A DNA stretch of 64,000 nucleotides, taken from positions 1-64,000 of the forward strand of contig CBFHOE010000011.1 of the NCBI GenBank assembly GCA_965657355.1, read 5' to 3'. A program made the position numbers and the translations under genes. Each line of letters starts with the position of its first letter. Position 1 is the stretch's first letter. Shown piece after piece: positions 20,368 to 29,509 of the stretch. This DNA comes from Limisphaerales bacterium (GTDB lineage: Bacteria; Verrucomicrobiota; Verrucomicrobiia; Limisphaerales; JAJOIW01). Under the pieces are notes generated by a model. The model saw only the letters and a program-made list of their open reading frames with translations, searched no databases and was not told where the DNA came from.

Positions 20368-21177
20368 TTACCTACGACCATCGTACCATATTTGGCAGGC
20401 CTCTTTGTTCCTGAGGGTCGATTTCCAATTTCTAAGCATATTCCAGAAAAGTTTGGAAAACTCACGCGGAGAATACAGGTTTAATTTTCTCGGGGAGGTT
20501 TCAATGGTTGGACTCCAGATCATTTTAGTCCTCAGAGAATTCGTTTTGGAATATTCTTTTAATTTGAGAAACAGGGAGATTTCTTCTGCGACAAAAAGAC
20601 TTTGGTCAAATCCATTGACAGATTGAAAGGCTTCCCTGGTACAAAACATGAAACCTCCACCAGGAAATGTCATAAGCCAACTAAAAATGGAAAAACCCAG
20701 TAAAAACAAGCGAGGACCTAACGGAATGCCAGTCATGGAAAACCGACCTCCACCGCAGCAAATATCTTCAGACTCAAGAGTCTTGGCTAATTCCAGGAAT
20801 AATTCAGGGGTAGGAAATGTGTCAGCATCAATGAAAACCAGCCATTCTCCCTGAGCCCTTTCTGCAGCTCTATTTCTCGCTCTCGCAATTTGGTTAATTG
20901 GTTCGAAAACTACATTTGCTCCCTTTTTCCGGGCAATATTTGCGGTGCCATCTGTGGAATTATTATCACACACGATGATCTCAAAAGCCCCTTTCCACTG
21001 GGGAACCTTACGGTAAGAATCGTAAATACCATCCAAGCACCTACCGATGTTTTTCTCCTCATTGTATGCAGGCACTATGACGCTGACCAAGGTCTTCAAA
21101 CGATAATATCCTACCACGGGTTGCGTATGGGTGCATCCGATTAATAGCCAATTTGTCTTAATGGAGCAGTAAATCAA
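20368..21177 (-). CDS. Glycosyltransferase family 2
   Basis: SVIVPAYNEE, CDNNSTDGT, ARARN and FIDAD. True start is probably TTG near 21099. Confidence 0.92.
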   Translation of the reverse strand: MIYCSIKTNWLLIGCTHTQPVVGYYRLKTLVSVIVPAYNEEKNIGRCLDGIYDSYRKVPQWKGAFEIIVCDNNSTDGTANIARKKGANVVFEPINQIARARNRAAERAQGEWLVFIDADTFPTPELFLELAKTLESEDICCGGGRFSMTGIPLGPRLFLLGFSIFSWLMTFPGGGFMFCTREAFQSVNGFDQSLFVAEEISLFLKLKEYSKTNSLRTKMIWSPTIETSPRKLNLYSPREFSKLFWNMLRNWKSTLRNKEACQIWYDGRR

Positions 21178-21328
21178 ATTATATCATTCACAAACTAAAC
21201 AGCCACTAGTCTCTGGAGACACTATTTAAGAAGCCTATTTTTACATGTAAATAGGAACGCCAGTGTTTGGCGGGCACAAGGTAATATGAAATGTTTGAGG
21301 GGCCTCAGTAAAATTTCATTTAAGACAT

Positions 21329-21358
21329 AAAAAAGGCCGGTGCTTAAGCACCGGCCTT
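21329..21358 (-). terminator. Intrinsic terminator; perfect 26-bp palindrome
   Basis: AAGGCCGGTGCTTAAGCACCGGCCTT (21333-21358) is its own reverse complement. The adjacent A-run gives a U-tract on the minus strand, 37 nt after the stop at 21396. Confidence 0.85.
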
Positions 21359-21395
21359 GAAGATTTAATGAGTAAAGTTCTTTTGAGATTAGATA

Positions 21396-24300
21396 TTACT
21401 CAGAGATAACTCTGTAGAACTTCGCAGAGTCAGACATTGCCTCTGAGAATGGGCTAGAAGCACCTTCGACATCAGACCAAGGTCCTGCAGCAGAAGGAGC
21501 TGATTGCAACTTACCTGTGTATGAGAAGGTAATGTTGCCACCATCACTGGTAGCACCAGTAATTTCAGCTTCTTCAGGCTCTACAACACTTGAAGGGTCG
21601 AAGCGATCCGCAACAGGAGGTTGATCACTGGCGTCTTTGATTGATCCACCAGCAGCAAGAATAGCAATTTCATCGAGAGTCAGCGGGCGAGCCCACATAG
21701 CGACTTCATCGATACCGCCATTCCAAGCGCGTCCACCACCTTCAGGGTTACCGCCGATCATGAGGCCGTCATCCCACTGATGAGCTTGGTGTTCAATATC
21801 AGCACCAGTGTTTGCTCTGTCCACTTCCACACCATCTAGGTAAATGATGGTTTTAGGCTCCTCAAGTCCTACGAACTCATCGAAGGTTTTGGCGACAGCC
21901 ACAATGTGGTGCCATTCGCCGTCGGCGATATCACCACCACGAGGTTCACCACCTCCGCCTTTGAAGGCAAAACCATTGTTTCCGCCCCATCTATGGAGAC
22001 GGTAACCACCCTGTTCACCTTGTGCGATGATGGCCTGCCAATTCGTTGTGAATTCGGTGACTTTAACCCAAGTGGAGATGGTGAGTGATCTTCCACCAAG
22101 ATCAATGTCAGCACTATTAGGGAATCTGATAGTACCTAAGGTGTCATCTGAGCCTGGGAAAAGAGCAAACATGCCGTTTCCTTCAACTTCCTCGGATTCG
22201 AATGTGATATCATCACCTATGGTTCCGTTGTCATCATTTTCGGAGCTATTGCCATCCAGGTCACCAGCTTCATCATCTGCATCTTCATCATCGAAGCTCC
22301 AGTAGTTGATGAGGCCATTTGCAGAGACGTATGTGCCTTCTCTAGCTTCAGGCTTGCCACCAGTGATGAATTCTAATTCCTGAGAATAAGTTTCACCGGT
22401 TGATGACTCGAATGACATCATAGCTGTATTTTTAGTGACTGGGGATAGGCCATCAGTAGCAATGGTTGCTGTTGTGACACCGTCTTCCTGAGTAACATTC
22501 ACGTCAACTTCCTCACCGTTAAGTTTGCCGACGAATGAGTCAGAATTGACCTTCTCTGTGAAACCATCGCTGACAACAAGAGTGATTGGATCGCCAACAG
22601 TAGCGCCAAGAGACATGCTAGCCGGGCTCACGCTCACGATAGACAACTCGTCAAAGACGGGCATGTAAGTGACAAGATTGTCACCGGGAATTGGATTAGA
22701 CCCATTGGATGGAACTGCAGGATCAGAACCGTCAGTTGTGTAGGACCAGGCAACAGCAATATTGTCACCGCCACCACCTTCACTCATGTAGAGCTCAAAG
22801 TAGTATTCCTCACCTGCCTCGAGATCGAGAATCTCAGTCCAGTTATCTTCCTTACCATCGTCGTATTGTCTGTTACCATTCCACTGAGGCTCACTAGCGA
22901 CAAGCTGAGCATTGTCTGGAGTGTCATCACTGGATAGATAGAGCTCGGCATTGTCGTCAACCGCAATAGCTATGAGGTAGCGACCGGATTCAGATGGCTT
23001 TAACCAACCTGTGACAATCTGGCCGTAGTTATCCCTAGCATTAACGCGAGTGGTGTTGATGTTTCCGCTATTAGGAGACTCAAAATAGTTGATTATACTT
23101 GAGTATCCCTGGTTAATGTTTTCCCAGTTCGGTGAACCAATTCTGAATGGACGATAATCAGAAGGGAATTCTCCAGTTCCTCTAGTCTCAACAGGGAATC
23201 CATTGAGGTTACTACCAGGTTTGTTTGTGTAAAGAAGTGCTGTAGCACCACCGACCTGCTTGGCCCATGAGAGGAATCTGCCTTTAATGTCTGTGGCTTC
23301 GTTTTGATTCGCAGCTAAATCGAAGACGCTTTTGACGGTTACTTCGTAGCGAACGCCATCATCTTGTGCATCTGTGCTGAGGATCACCTCGTTTGGATTG
23401 GCACCAACAACAGCATCATTGACGTCAACTGTCCCTGTTCCACCCTCGACAGCCGTAAGAACAAAATCGCTGGCAGATAGTTGCTCAGAATCGACGTGCT
23501 CGTCAAATGTGAGGTTGACTTGATTGTTGAAAGGGCTTCCGCTGACATCAGTAAGAACGGGAGCTTCAGTGTCATCGCTCACTGAGATAGTGACTTCAGT
23601 GGATTGGATGAGGTTATAAGTACCGTCGGTGTTGAAAGCTTCGACACGATATTTATTTCCATCTTCAGATTTTGGAATTAGTTCCCAAGATATTGAAGAG
23701 GTCGTTTCACCGAGCATAGGCTCGCCATTGAGATACCACTGGTAGCCTATAGTGAAGGCAGGACCGCCGGAAACCTCGATTCCCACTGTAAATGGTTTTC
23801 TTTCCTCAGCTTCTCCGCCGGCAATATCTGAAACAAGTTCAAGTGGCTGAGATAGGGGCACTGCCAGATCGAGTGGAGAACCGCCGTCGGCGAGTTCACC
23901 AATTTGCTCTTCAGACAGGCCAACTGCAAAGACTGCGAAATCATCCATCACAGCTTGGCTGGAGTTACCACCGTTTGTGGCAGAACCAATTGTCATGGAA
24001 GCAAATCTTCCACTGAAATCTTCGCGGTTTGTTCCGCTGTGGAAGAGTTTTCCATCGACCCAGATTTCTTTTTGATCGCCATTCTTCACGAATGTGTAGT
24101 GGTGCCAATCCAGATAGAAGTCGTCATAAAAATCTTCAAACTGGTTGATATTTCTGTTGATACGTTCGTTACCACCGTTACAGCAACCTTCTGTATCGAA
24201 GTAGATTTGTTGGTTACCCCAAGGGACGTGAGCTTGGTTACCACGGCTACTGCCGTTAACACCTGGGGCGAACATCCAGTATGATGAAGAGTTTCCTGTG

Positions 24301-25832
24301 GCGTAGTTTTTCTGCCAGAAAGAAACGGACATCTGGTTACTTGCTTCTGAAGCGTTCAAGAAAGAAGCATCTTCAACGAAGATGTGCTGCCCAGCATTGT
24401 CGGAGCCGAAGTCCATGCCAAAGTCTCCACTTTCACCAGAGGCACCTTCGCCGTCTGGAGTGTATGCTGCGTCGCGGATTTCACCGGCGACACCACCTGC
24501 AACGTCAATAGCGAATTCTGTGTTGCCGTCATCATTAAATGGCCAGTATGCAAGTAGGTTTGTCGTGATGGAGACAACTTTGAGATCTGCATCCATTTCG
24601 TTTTTGGCAATCGCTCTATCTGTTACACCACTGACAGAGATAAGAATTTCGTCAGTTGTAAAGTCGGAGCTAGTCTTAAGAATAACCGAGTTGCCTCCAA
24701 CCATTTCAACACTATCAATTGCGATATCTTGGCCAGAGATTTCATAGTTATCTGGGTTAGTGGCGGAATCTGGGTCTACAAGCTCACTGAAGGTCACAAG
24801 AATGCCTTTAGGATTTCCGGATCCGGCAGCACCAACGAGACTTGGTTTGTTGTCATCGCGGTTTACATATACTTCATATGAAATATCTCCGAAGCCATCA
24901 ACCTCAGCTGTAACTGTTCTTACAACCTGAAACTCGTTAACATCAGCGACCGGTACGAAACTAAGTTGAGAACCTTTGGCACCCTCAACAACTTTGCCAT
25001 CAACTTTCCATGTGATATCAGGAATGTCGTCCTGATTGTTGATTTCAGCATCGAATTCAACATAGATATTGGCAGTATCAGCCTCATTGACTTCGATAGA
25101 AAATTCATCTCTAACTCCATCAGGACCATAGCCCACGATAAATAAATCTTCTTGCGCTGGAGCAGCATCGCTGTATTCGTATCTTTGAACGTGGCCAAGG
25201 GAGAGAACCTCTACTGGTCCGCCATTCACACTGATTCCAACCTGCTGCCAGTCACCGCCGCCACCTTCTTTAAGAGCCAAGGTGATGAATTTACCCTGCC
25301 CGGCTGATAGTTCCATGGTATCGGTTACAGTTCCGGCTTTTCCGAATCCTCCACAGCATCCTGTTTCAATAGCGTCAGGAGCAGGTCTGTCTTCTTCATC
25401 AACAAGATCGATAAGATCCATGGGTTCATCAGTAAGATAGATAGCTGAGCCATCATCAGAACGAATGAAGAATTGGTATGTTCCATCAACAGGGGCAATA
25501 AAAATTCCCTGGAAGATCATTCCGTGGTCATCGATTCCGGAGTTACCAGAAGCAGTTGGCTGGGGCCACTCAAATCGTCCAGACGTTCCGTCAACGATAA
25601 GTGAGGATAGACCAGGGACTGAGCTTGCATAGTCTGTAATGTCAGGGGCATCTGGGAAAGCGCCAGCCGCGTAGAGATCTTCTACGTCAGTTCCAGTTAT
25701 CGCTTCACCAAGACCACTGAAGTTACCGTATGCATATATCGACATCCCTGCGAAGGAGGTGTGCGCAGTTGACACAGCCGCAACAGCGACTATGGCCAAC
25801 CATAGGTACTTGAGTTGTTTTAGTTTATTCAT
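21396..25832 (-). CDS. Large secreted PA14 + LamG + Ig-like multidomain protein
   Basis: Sec signal peptide, two PA14-like domains (FFIRSDDGS, IAVDDNAEL, EGGGGD), two LamG-like domains (WHHYTF, WHHIVAV, GGIDEVAMWARPL), Ig-like repeats and C-terminal KFYRVISE. Confidence 0.88.
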   Translation of the reverse strand: MNKLKQLKYLWLAIVAVAAVSTAHTSFAGMSIYAYGNFSGLGEAITGTDVEDLYAAGAFPDAPDITDYASSVPGLSSLIVDGTSGRFEWPQPTASGNSGIDDHGMIFQGIFIAPVDGTYQFFIRSDDGSAIYLTDEPMDLIDLVDEEDRPAPDAIETGCCGGFGKAGTVTDTMELSAGQGKFITLALKEGGGGDWQQVGISVNGGPVEVLSLGHVQRYEYSDAAPAQEDLFIVGYGPDGVRDEFSIEVNEADTANIYVEFDAEINNQDDIPDITWKVDGKVVEGAKGSQLSFVPVADVNEFQVVRTVTAEVDGFGDISYEVYVNRDDNKPSLVGAAGSGNPKGILVTFSELVDPDSATNPDNYEISGQDIAIDSVEMVGGNSVILKTSSDFTTDEILISVSGVTDRAIAKNEMDADLKVVSITTNLLAYWPFNDDGNTEFAIDVAGGVAGEIRDAAYTPDGEGASGESGDFGMDFGSDNAGQHIFVEDASFLNASEASNQMSVSFWQKNYATGNSSSYWMFAPGVNGSSRGNQAHVPWGNQQIYFDTEGCCNGGNERINRNINQFEDFYDDFYLDWHHYTFVKNGDQKEIWVDGKLFHSGTNREDFSGRFASMTIGSATNGGNSSQAVMDDFAVFAVGLSEEQIGELADGGSPLDLAVPLSQPLELVSDIAGGEAEERKPFTVGIEVSGGPAFTIGYQWYLNGEPMLGETTSSISWELIPKSEDGNKYRVEAFNTDGTYNLIQSTEVTISVSDDTEAPVLTDVSGSPFNNQVNLTFDEHVDSEQLSASDFVLTAVEGGTGTVDVNDAVVGANPNEVILSTDAQDDGVRYEVTVKSVFDLAANQNEATDIKGRFLSWAKQVGGATALLYTNKPGSNLNGFPVETRGTGEFPSDYRPFRIGSPNWENINQGYSSIINYFESPNSGNINTTRVNARDNYGQIVTGWLKPSESGRYLIAIAVDDNAELYLSSDDTPDNAQLVASEPQWNGNRQYDDGKEDNWTEILDLEAGEEYYFELYMSEGGGGDNIAVAWSYTTDGSDPAVPSNGSNPIPGDNLVTYMPVFDELSIVSVSPASMSLGATVGDPITLVVSDGFTEKVNSDSFVGKLNGEEVDVNVTQEDGVTTATIATDGLSPVTKNTAMMSFESSTGETYSQELEFITGGKPEAREGTYVSANGLINYWSFDDEDADDEAGDLDGNSSENDDNGTIGDDITFESEEVEGNGMFALFPGSDDTLGTIRFPNSADIDLGGRSLTISTWVKVTEFTTNWQAIIAQGEQGGYRLHRWGGNNGFAFKGGGGEPRGGDIADGEWHHIVAVAKTFDEFVGLEEPKTIIYLDGVEVDRANTGADIEHQAHQWDDGLMIGGNPEGGGRAWNGGIDEVAMWARPLTLDEIAILAAGGSIKDASDQPPVADRFDPSSVVEPEEAEITGATSDGGNITFSYTGKLQSAPSAAGPWSDVEGASSPFSEAMSDSAKFYRVISE

Positions 25833-26146
25833 AGTTAGTTAGGTTTTTAAAAATATAGATGCAAAAAATGAGCTACCATATCCATGAGGATAATCAGCAC
25901 CTGACTGGGCCGGCAGCTTTTGAGCATTTAGTGGATCTGGACGAAATCTAAACATACAGGAGGACTCTTGATCAACGTTTTTTATGAAAATTTTGTAACA
26001 TTAATAGACAAGGAATAATCTCTTAAAATCGGCCATTTTCGGTAGAAAACTGCGAAAAACCGGCAATCCTCTTATCAATTATCATTTGTTTGCCATATTA
26101 AAATCCATATTATTGTAGCCCGGATTTGATTTTTAATTTTATTGTA

Positions 26147-26157
26147 GGGGGGGGGGG
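26147..26157. repeat. G11 homopolymer in an intergenic region
   Basis: Eleven consecutive G in AT-rich context. Confidence 0.9.
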
Positions 26158-26640
26158 AGATGCACTCTGAAACTATTGAATTCAGATTATTTTGCCATTG
26201 ATTGAGTCCAAAAAATTAGAACTGAGACGAACTCTTTTGAGTTGAAATTCCCAGCACATATTAGGCAACAGGCACGACTTTACGTCTTTGTCCGCAATGG
26301 CCTTGTAAATACTAGTTCGGGTGAATAAGAGCCTCCGAGTGAGATTTGTTGCTGTAAATTTAGCGTTTGCCGATTTGTTTTTTAATGACGGTTATTCATT
26401 CCAACTCGTCGCTTTTTTTTGGGGGAGTGACACGGATTTGGATTCGTAGGTATTTTTTGTTTTTGAGCCCCAAATGTTGGATCAAGGGAATTAATTAACC
26501 ATTTCTCCAATCCAAATCTTGAATGAAATATCTCAAAAATGGGTGTTATCAAGTCGTTCTTATCTAGACGGATATAGATTTACCTTCAGGTGGTAATGAA
26601 ACAGTTTCTCAATCACCAATAACAAATCGACATTGAAAAC

Positions 26641-27267
26641 TTACTTGAGAAAAGTAATTTTTAAGTCCTCAGAACTAGCTTCTTTGCCAAAATGATTATG
26701 CAAATCAGACGCAATGGCATCTCGAATTTTTATCGAGTTGGCCTGGATTTGAGCTTGTATGTGATAGTGGGGCACACCTCCTTGGGGACCTGAGGAATTT
26801 TGAGTGAGTCCTAAGCAGTTTAAAATGTTGCCACGCTGAGGAGATCCTGAATTCCTGAGTCGTGCAGCAATTTCTGCCAGTTCAGAAGTAATCCCAGGTC
26901 TATCGGGGACACTCAGAGAAAACACAAGAGAATGCCCCGAATGCCAATTATGTGGCCCTGAGACAGATTCAACCTCCTTGTTGCGCCCAAAATCTGAGCT
27001 TTCGAGCTTATCTCTCAAATTTTCCAAATTCTCAATTGGTCCTTTCGCGACAAACTCGAACCTAAATGGATTTTCGACTGAAATGCCGATTACGTGAGCC
27101 TCTAGGTGGTAGGCCATGGATTCGATGTAAAGGCCTGAGGTATCTATCATGCCAGCATAGCTCGCAATGAGACTGGGCCTATCGGACCCCGTGACGACGA
27201 CGTAAATTCTCTCGCCCTGTGGTTCAAAACGCACGTGAATCTGGTCTCGTTGTGATTGTCTTGCCAT
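26641..27267 (-). CDS. Tandem ACT-domain protein (GcvR-like)
   Basis: Two ACT-type motifs, VTGSDRPSLIA and LSVPDRPGITSEL. Start set at ATG 27267. Confidence 0.7.
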   Translation of the reverse strand: MARQSQRDQIHVRFEPQGERIYVVVTGSDRPSLIASYAGMIDTSGLYIESMAYHLEAHVIGISVENPFRFEFVAKGPIENLENLRDKLESSDFGRNKEVESVSGPHNWHSGHSLVFSLSVPDRPGITSELAEIAARLRNSGSPQRGNILNCLGLTQNSSGPQGGVPHYHIQAQIQANSIKIRDAIASDLHNHFGKEASSEDLKITFLK

Positions 27268-27381
27268 GATCAGCAAAATGGGCTTTTTACATCGAATATT
27301 TTGATGATGGCCATCAATAAAGTGCCTTGGGTAGCCATTGAATAAAATTTAAACTATATGAGTGGAAGATTTAAATTTACA

Positions 27382-29247
27382 TCATTCTTTGTATATCATA
27401 TCAGCAACAGTTTTGCCTGCAGGGATGAATGGCAACACATGCTCGGTGTAAGGGACGATGACATCGAGAAGATAGGGCTCCTTGGAATCAAGCATCTTCT
27501 GCATTGCCGGTTTGAGATCGGACATTTTCATGACTCTTTCGCAAGGGACGTTAAACGATTTTGCCATGGCAATATAATCAGGATAAATCTGTTGTCTATT
27601 ATCGGGATCCCCCAGGTAAGTATGCCCTCTGTTTCCAGCATAAAATCTATCTTCCCATTGAACTACCATGCCGAGATGCTGGTTATTTAGAACAAGGGCT
27701 TTTGCTGCAATGCCTTCAATGTGGGCAGTGGCGAGCTCCTGTATATTCATTAAGAATGAACCATCACCGTCGATATCGACAACCTGCTTATCGGGACAAG
27801 CGACCTTGGCCCCCATGGCAGCTGGATACCCGTAGCCCATGGCTCCAAGACCTGCAGATGTGAGGAATTGCCTAGGAAAATTGAACTTATAAAACTGCCC
27901 AGCCCACATTTGATGTTGACCTACGCCGGTTGTAATAATGGCATCTCCACCAGTTAGCTCGTAAAGCATGTTAATGGCAGCTTGAGAAACAATGATTTCA
28001 CTCTCTTGACCCTCCATTTGATCAACCATGTGGTCTGAGTCAACGATCTCTCTGGCTTGGGTGTATTGGAATGGAGCTTTTTCTTTCCACTTTTTGATCT
28101 GGTCATGCCACTCGTCGAAATTGTTTTCGATTGGGGACTCTTGGACCAACTTGTTCAATCGGGTCAGGGCATCGTGGATATCGCCAACGATTGGCAGCTG
28201 GACTTTTCTATTTTTATTGAGTTCAGAAGCATCGATATCAATATGAACAATCGTTCCTTTCTCACAGAACTTCTCAACTTTTCCGGTCACGCGATCATCG
28301 AAGCGCACACCGAAAGCCAGAAGCAAATCTGCACCGGGGTGCACTAATTCGGTTTTACCGTTGACTCCCTGAAATTCACCACTGACGGCCCAGTTTGAGT
28401 AAGCTGATCCATGCATACCAAGCCATCTCAGAGAAAGTTCATGCTCTTCAGGGAAACAGCCACAACCCATAATCGTTGTAGTCACCGGAATACCAGTTGC
28501 TTCGGCAAATTGTTTTAATTCAGTACTGGCGTTCGAACTAATAATACCCCCTCCACAATATAAAACGGGGCGCTCCGCTTTCTGAATAAGTCCAATTATT
28601 TCATTAAGCTCTAAATCATTTACAATTGGAGTTTTGTTCTTCGACTGAATATCCCCTTTGGACGGAAAAATGACTTGGGCTTTAGTCTGCTGGATATTTT
28701 TTGGAATATCGACGACGACTGGGCCAGGCCTTCCTGATTCAGCTATCTCAATGGCCTCCATGACAATTCCGGGAAGTTGCTGAATATCAGTAACTAAAAA
28801 ACTGTGCTTAACAATCGGCAGCGTCATGCCAAAGAAATCAGTCTCCTGAAAAGCTCCTTTCCCAATCATGGCCTGCGGGACTTGTCCCGTAATAGCCACA
28901 AGAGGTACAGAGTCCATGAAGGCATCTGCTATGCCAGTGACTAGGTTAGTGGCCCCTGGGCCGCTTGTCGCCATACAGATTCCAGCCTTCCCCGTCGCTC
29001 GAGCATACCCCTCTGCGGCAAAAGCACCGCCTTGCTCGTGCCTCGGCAGAATTGTTCTGATGCCTGAGGAGCGCGTTAGAGCCTGATGGATTTCCATGCT
29101 AGCTCCACCGGGATAGGCAAAAATTGTATCGACACCAGCATTCTCGAGAGCTTTTACTAAAACATCGCTTCCGAGCATTGGTTGAGACCGGTTCGATGAA
29201 TCTGCGGTCAATGTATCCGATGATGATTGTGCGCCAGTTTTGCTCAT
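27382..29247 (-). CDS. ilvB: Acetolactate synthase large (catalytic) subunit
   Basis: [41 protein letters not shown] and the ThDP motif GDGSF...NN. Confidence 0.96.
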   Translation of the reverse strand: MSKTGAQSSSDTLTADSSNRSQPMLGSDVLVKALENAGVDTIFAYPGGASMEIHQALTRSSGIRTILPRHEQGGAFAAEGYARATGKAGICMATSGPGATNLVTGIADAFMDSVPLVAITGQVPQAMIGKGAFQETDFFGMTLPIVKHSFLVTDIQQLPGIVMEAIEIAESGRPGPVVVDIPKNIQQTKAQVIFPSKGDIQSKNKTPIVNDLELNEIIGLIQKAERPVLYCGGGIISSNASTELKQFAEATGIPVTTTIMGCGCFPEEHELSLRWLGMHGSAYSNWAVSGEFQGVNGKTELVHPGADLLLAFGVRFDDRVTGKVEKFCEKGTIVHIDIDASELNKNRKVQLPIVGDIHDALTRLNKLVQESPIENNFDEWHDQIKKWKEKAPFQYTQAREIVDSDHMVDQMEGQESEIIVSQAAINMLYELTGGDAIITTGVGQHQMWAGQFYKFNFPRQFLTSAGLGAMGYGYPAAMGAKVACPDKQVVDIDGDGSFLMNIQELATAHIEGIAAKALVLNNQHLGMVVQWEDRFYAGNRGHTYLGDPDNRQQIYPDYIAMAKSFNVPCERVMKMSDLKPAMQKMLDSKEPYLLDVIVPYTEHVLPFIPAGKTVADMIYKE

Positions 29248-29285
29248 TCTGTTTTCTCTTATTTTTAAATCTTTAGTGATCTTTC

Positions 29286-29316
29286 AAAAAAAAACCACGG
29301 CTTTTTCATGCCGTGG
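29286..29316 (-). terminator. Attenuator terminator upstream of ilvB
   Basis: Minus strand CCACGGC-atgaaaaa-GCCGTGG followed by nine T, about 39 nt before the ilvB ATG. Confidence 0.9.
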
Positions 29317-29352
29317 GTCTTAAAGTTAGGTTAGCAATAAGATCCCGCGACG

Positions 29353-29403
29353 TCAGTCAACTACGACGTCCACCACCACGAATCTTACAACCACATCTTT
29401 CAT
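29353..29403 (-). CDS. ilvB leader peptide MKDVVVRFVVVDVVVD (valine attenuator)
   Basis: ATG AAA GAT GTG GTT GTA AGA TTC GTG GTG GTG GAC GTC GTA GTT GAC TGA: 9 Val in 16 codons, directly upstream of antiterminator and terminator hairpins. Confidence 0.9.
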   Translation of the reverse strand: MKDVVVRFVVVDVVVD

Positions 29404-29509
29404 TTATCGGGAAAATATCACTAATTGATTTTATGAGTCAAGTGACAAATAGAGAGCGAGGAATACGTGAATCTCGGAAATTCCTCGAAACATTTAGTCT
29501 CACACACTT

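Noticed and set aside
26270..26285. AGGCACGACTTTACG resembling a sigma54 -24 element
   Set aside because: It lacks the -12 GC at the required spacing and points at no gene start.
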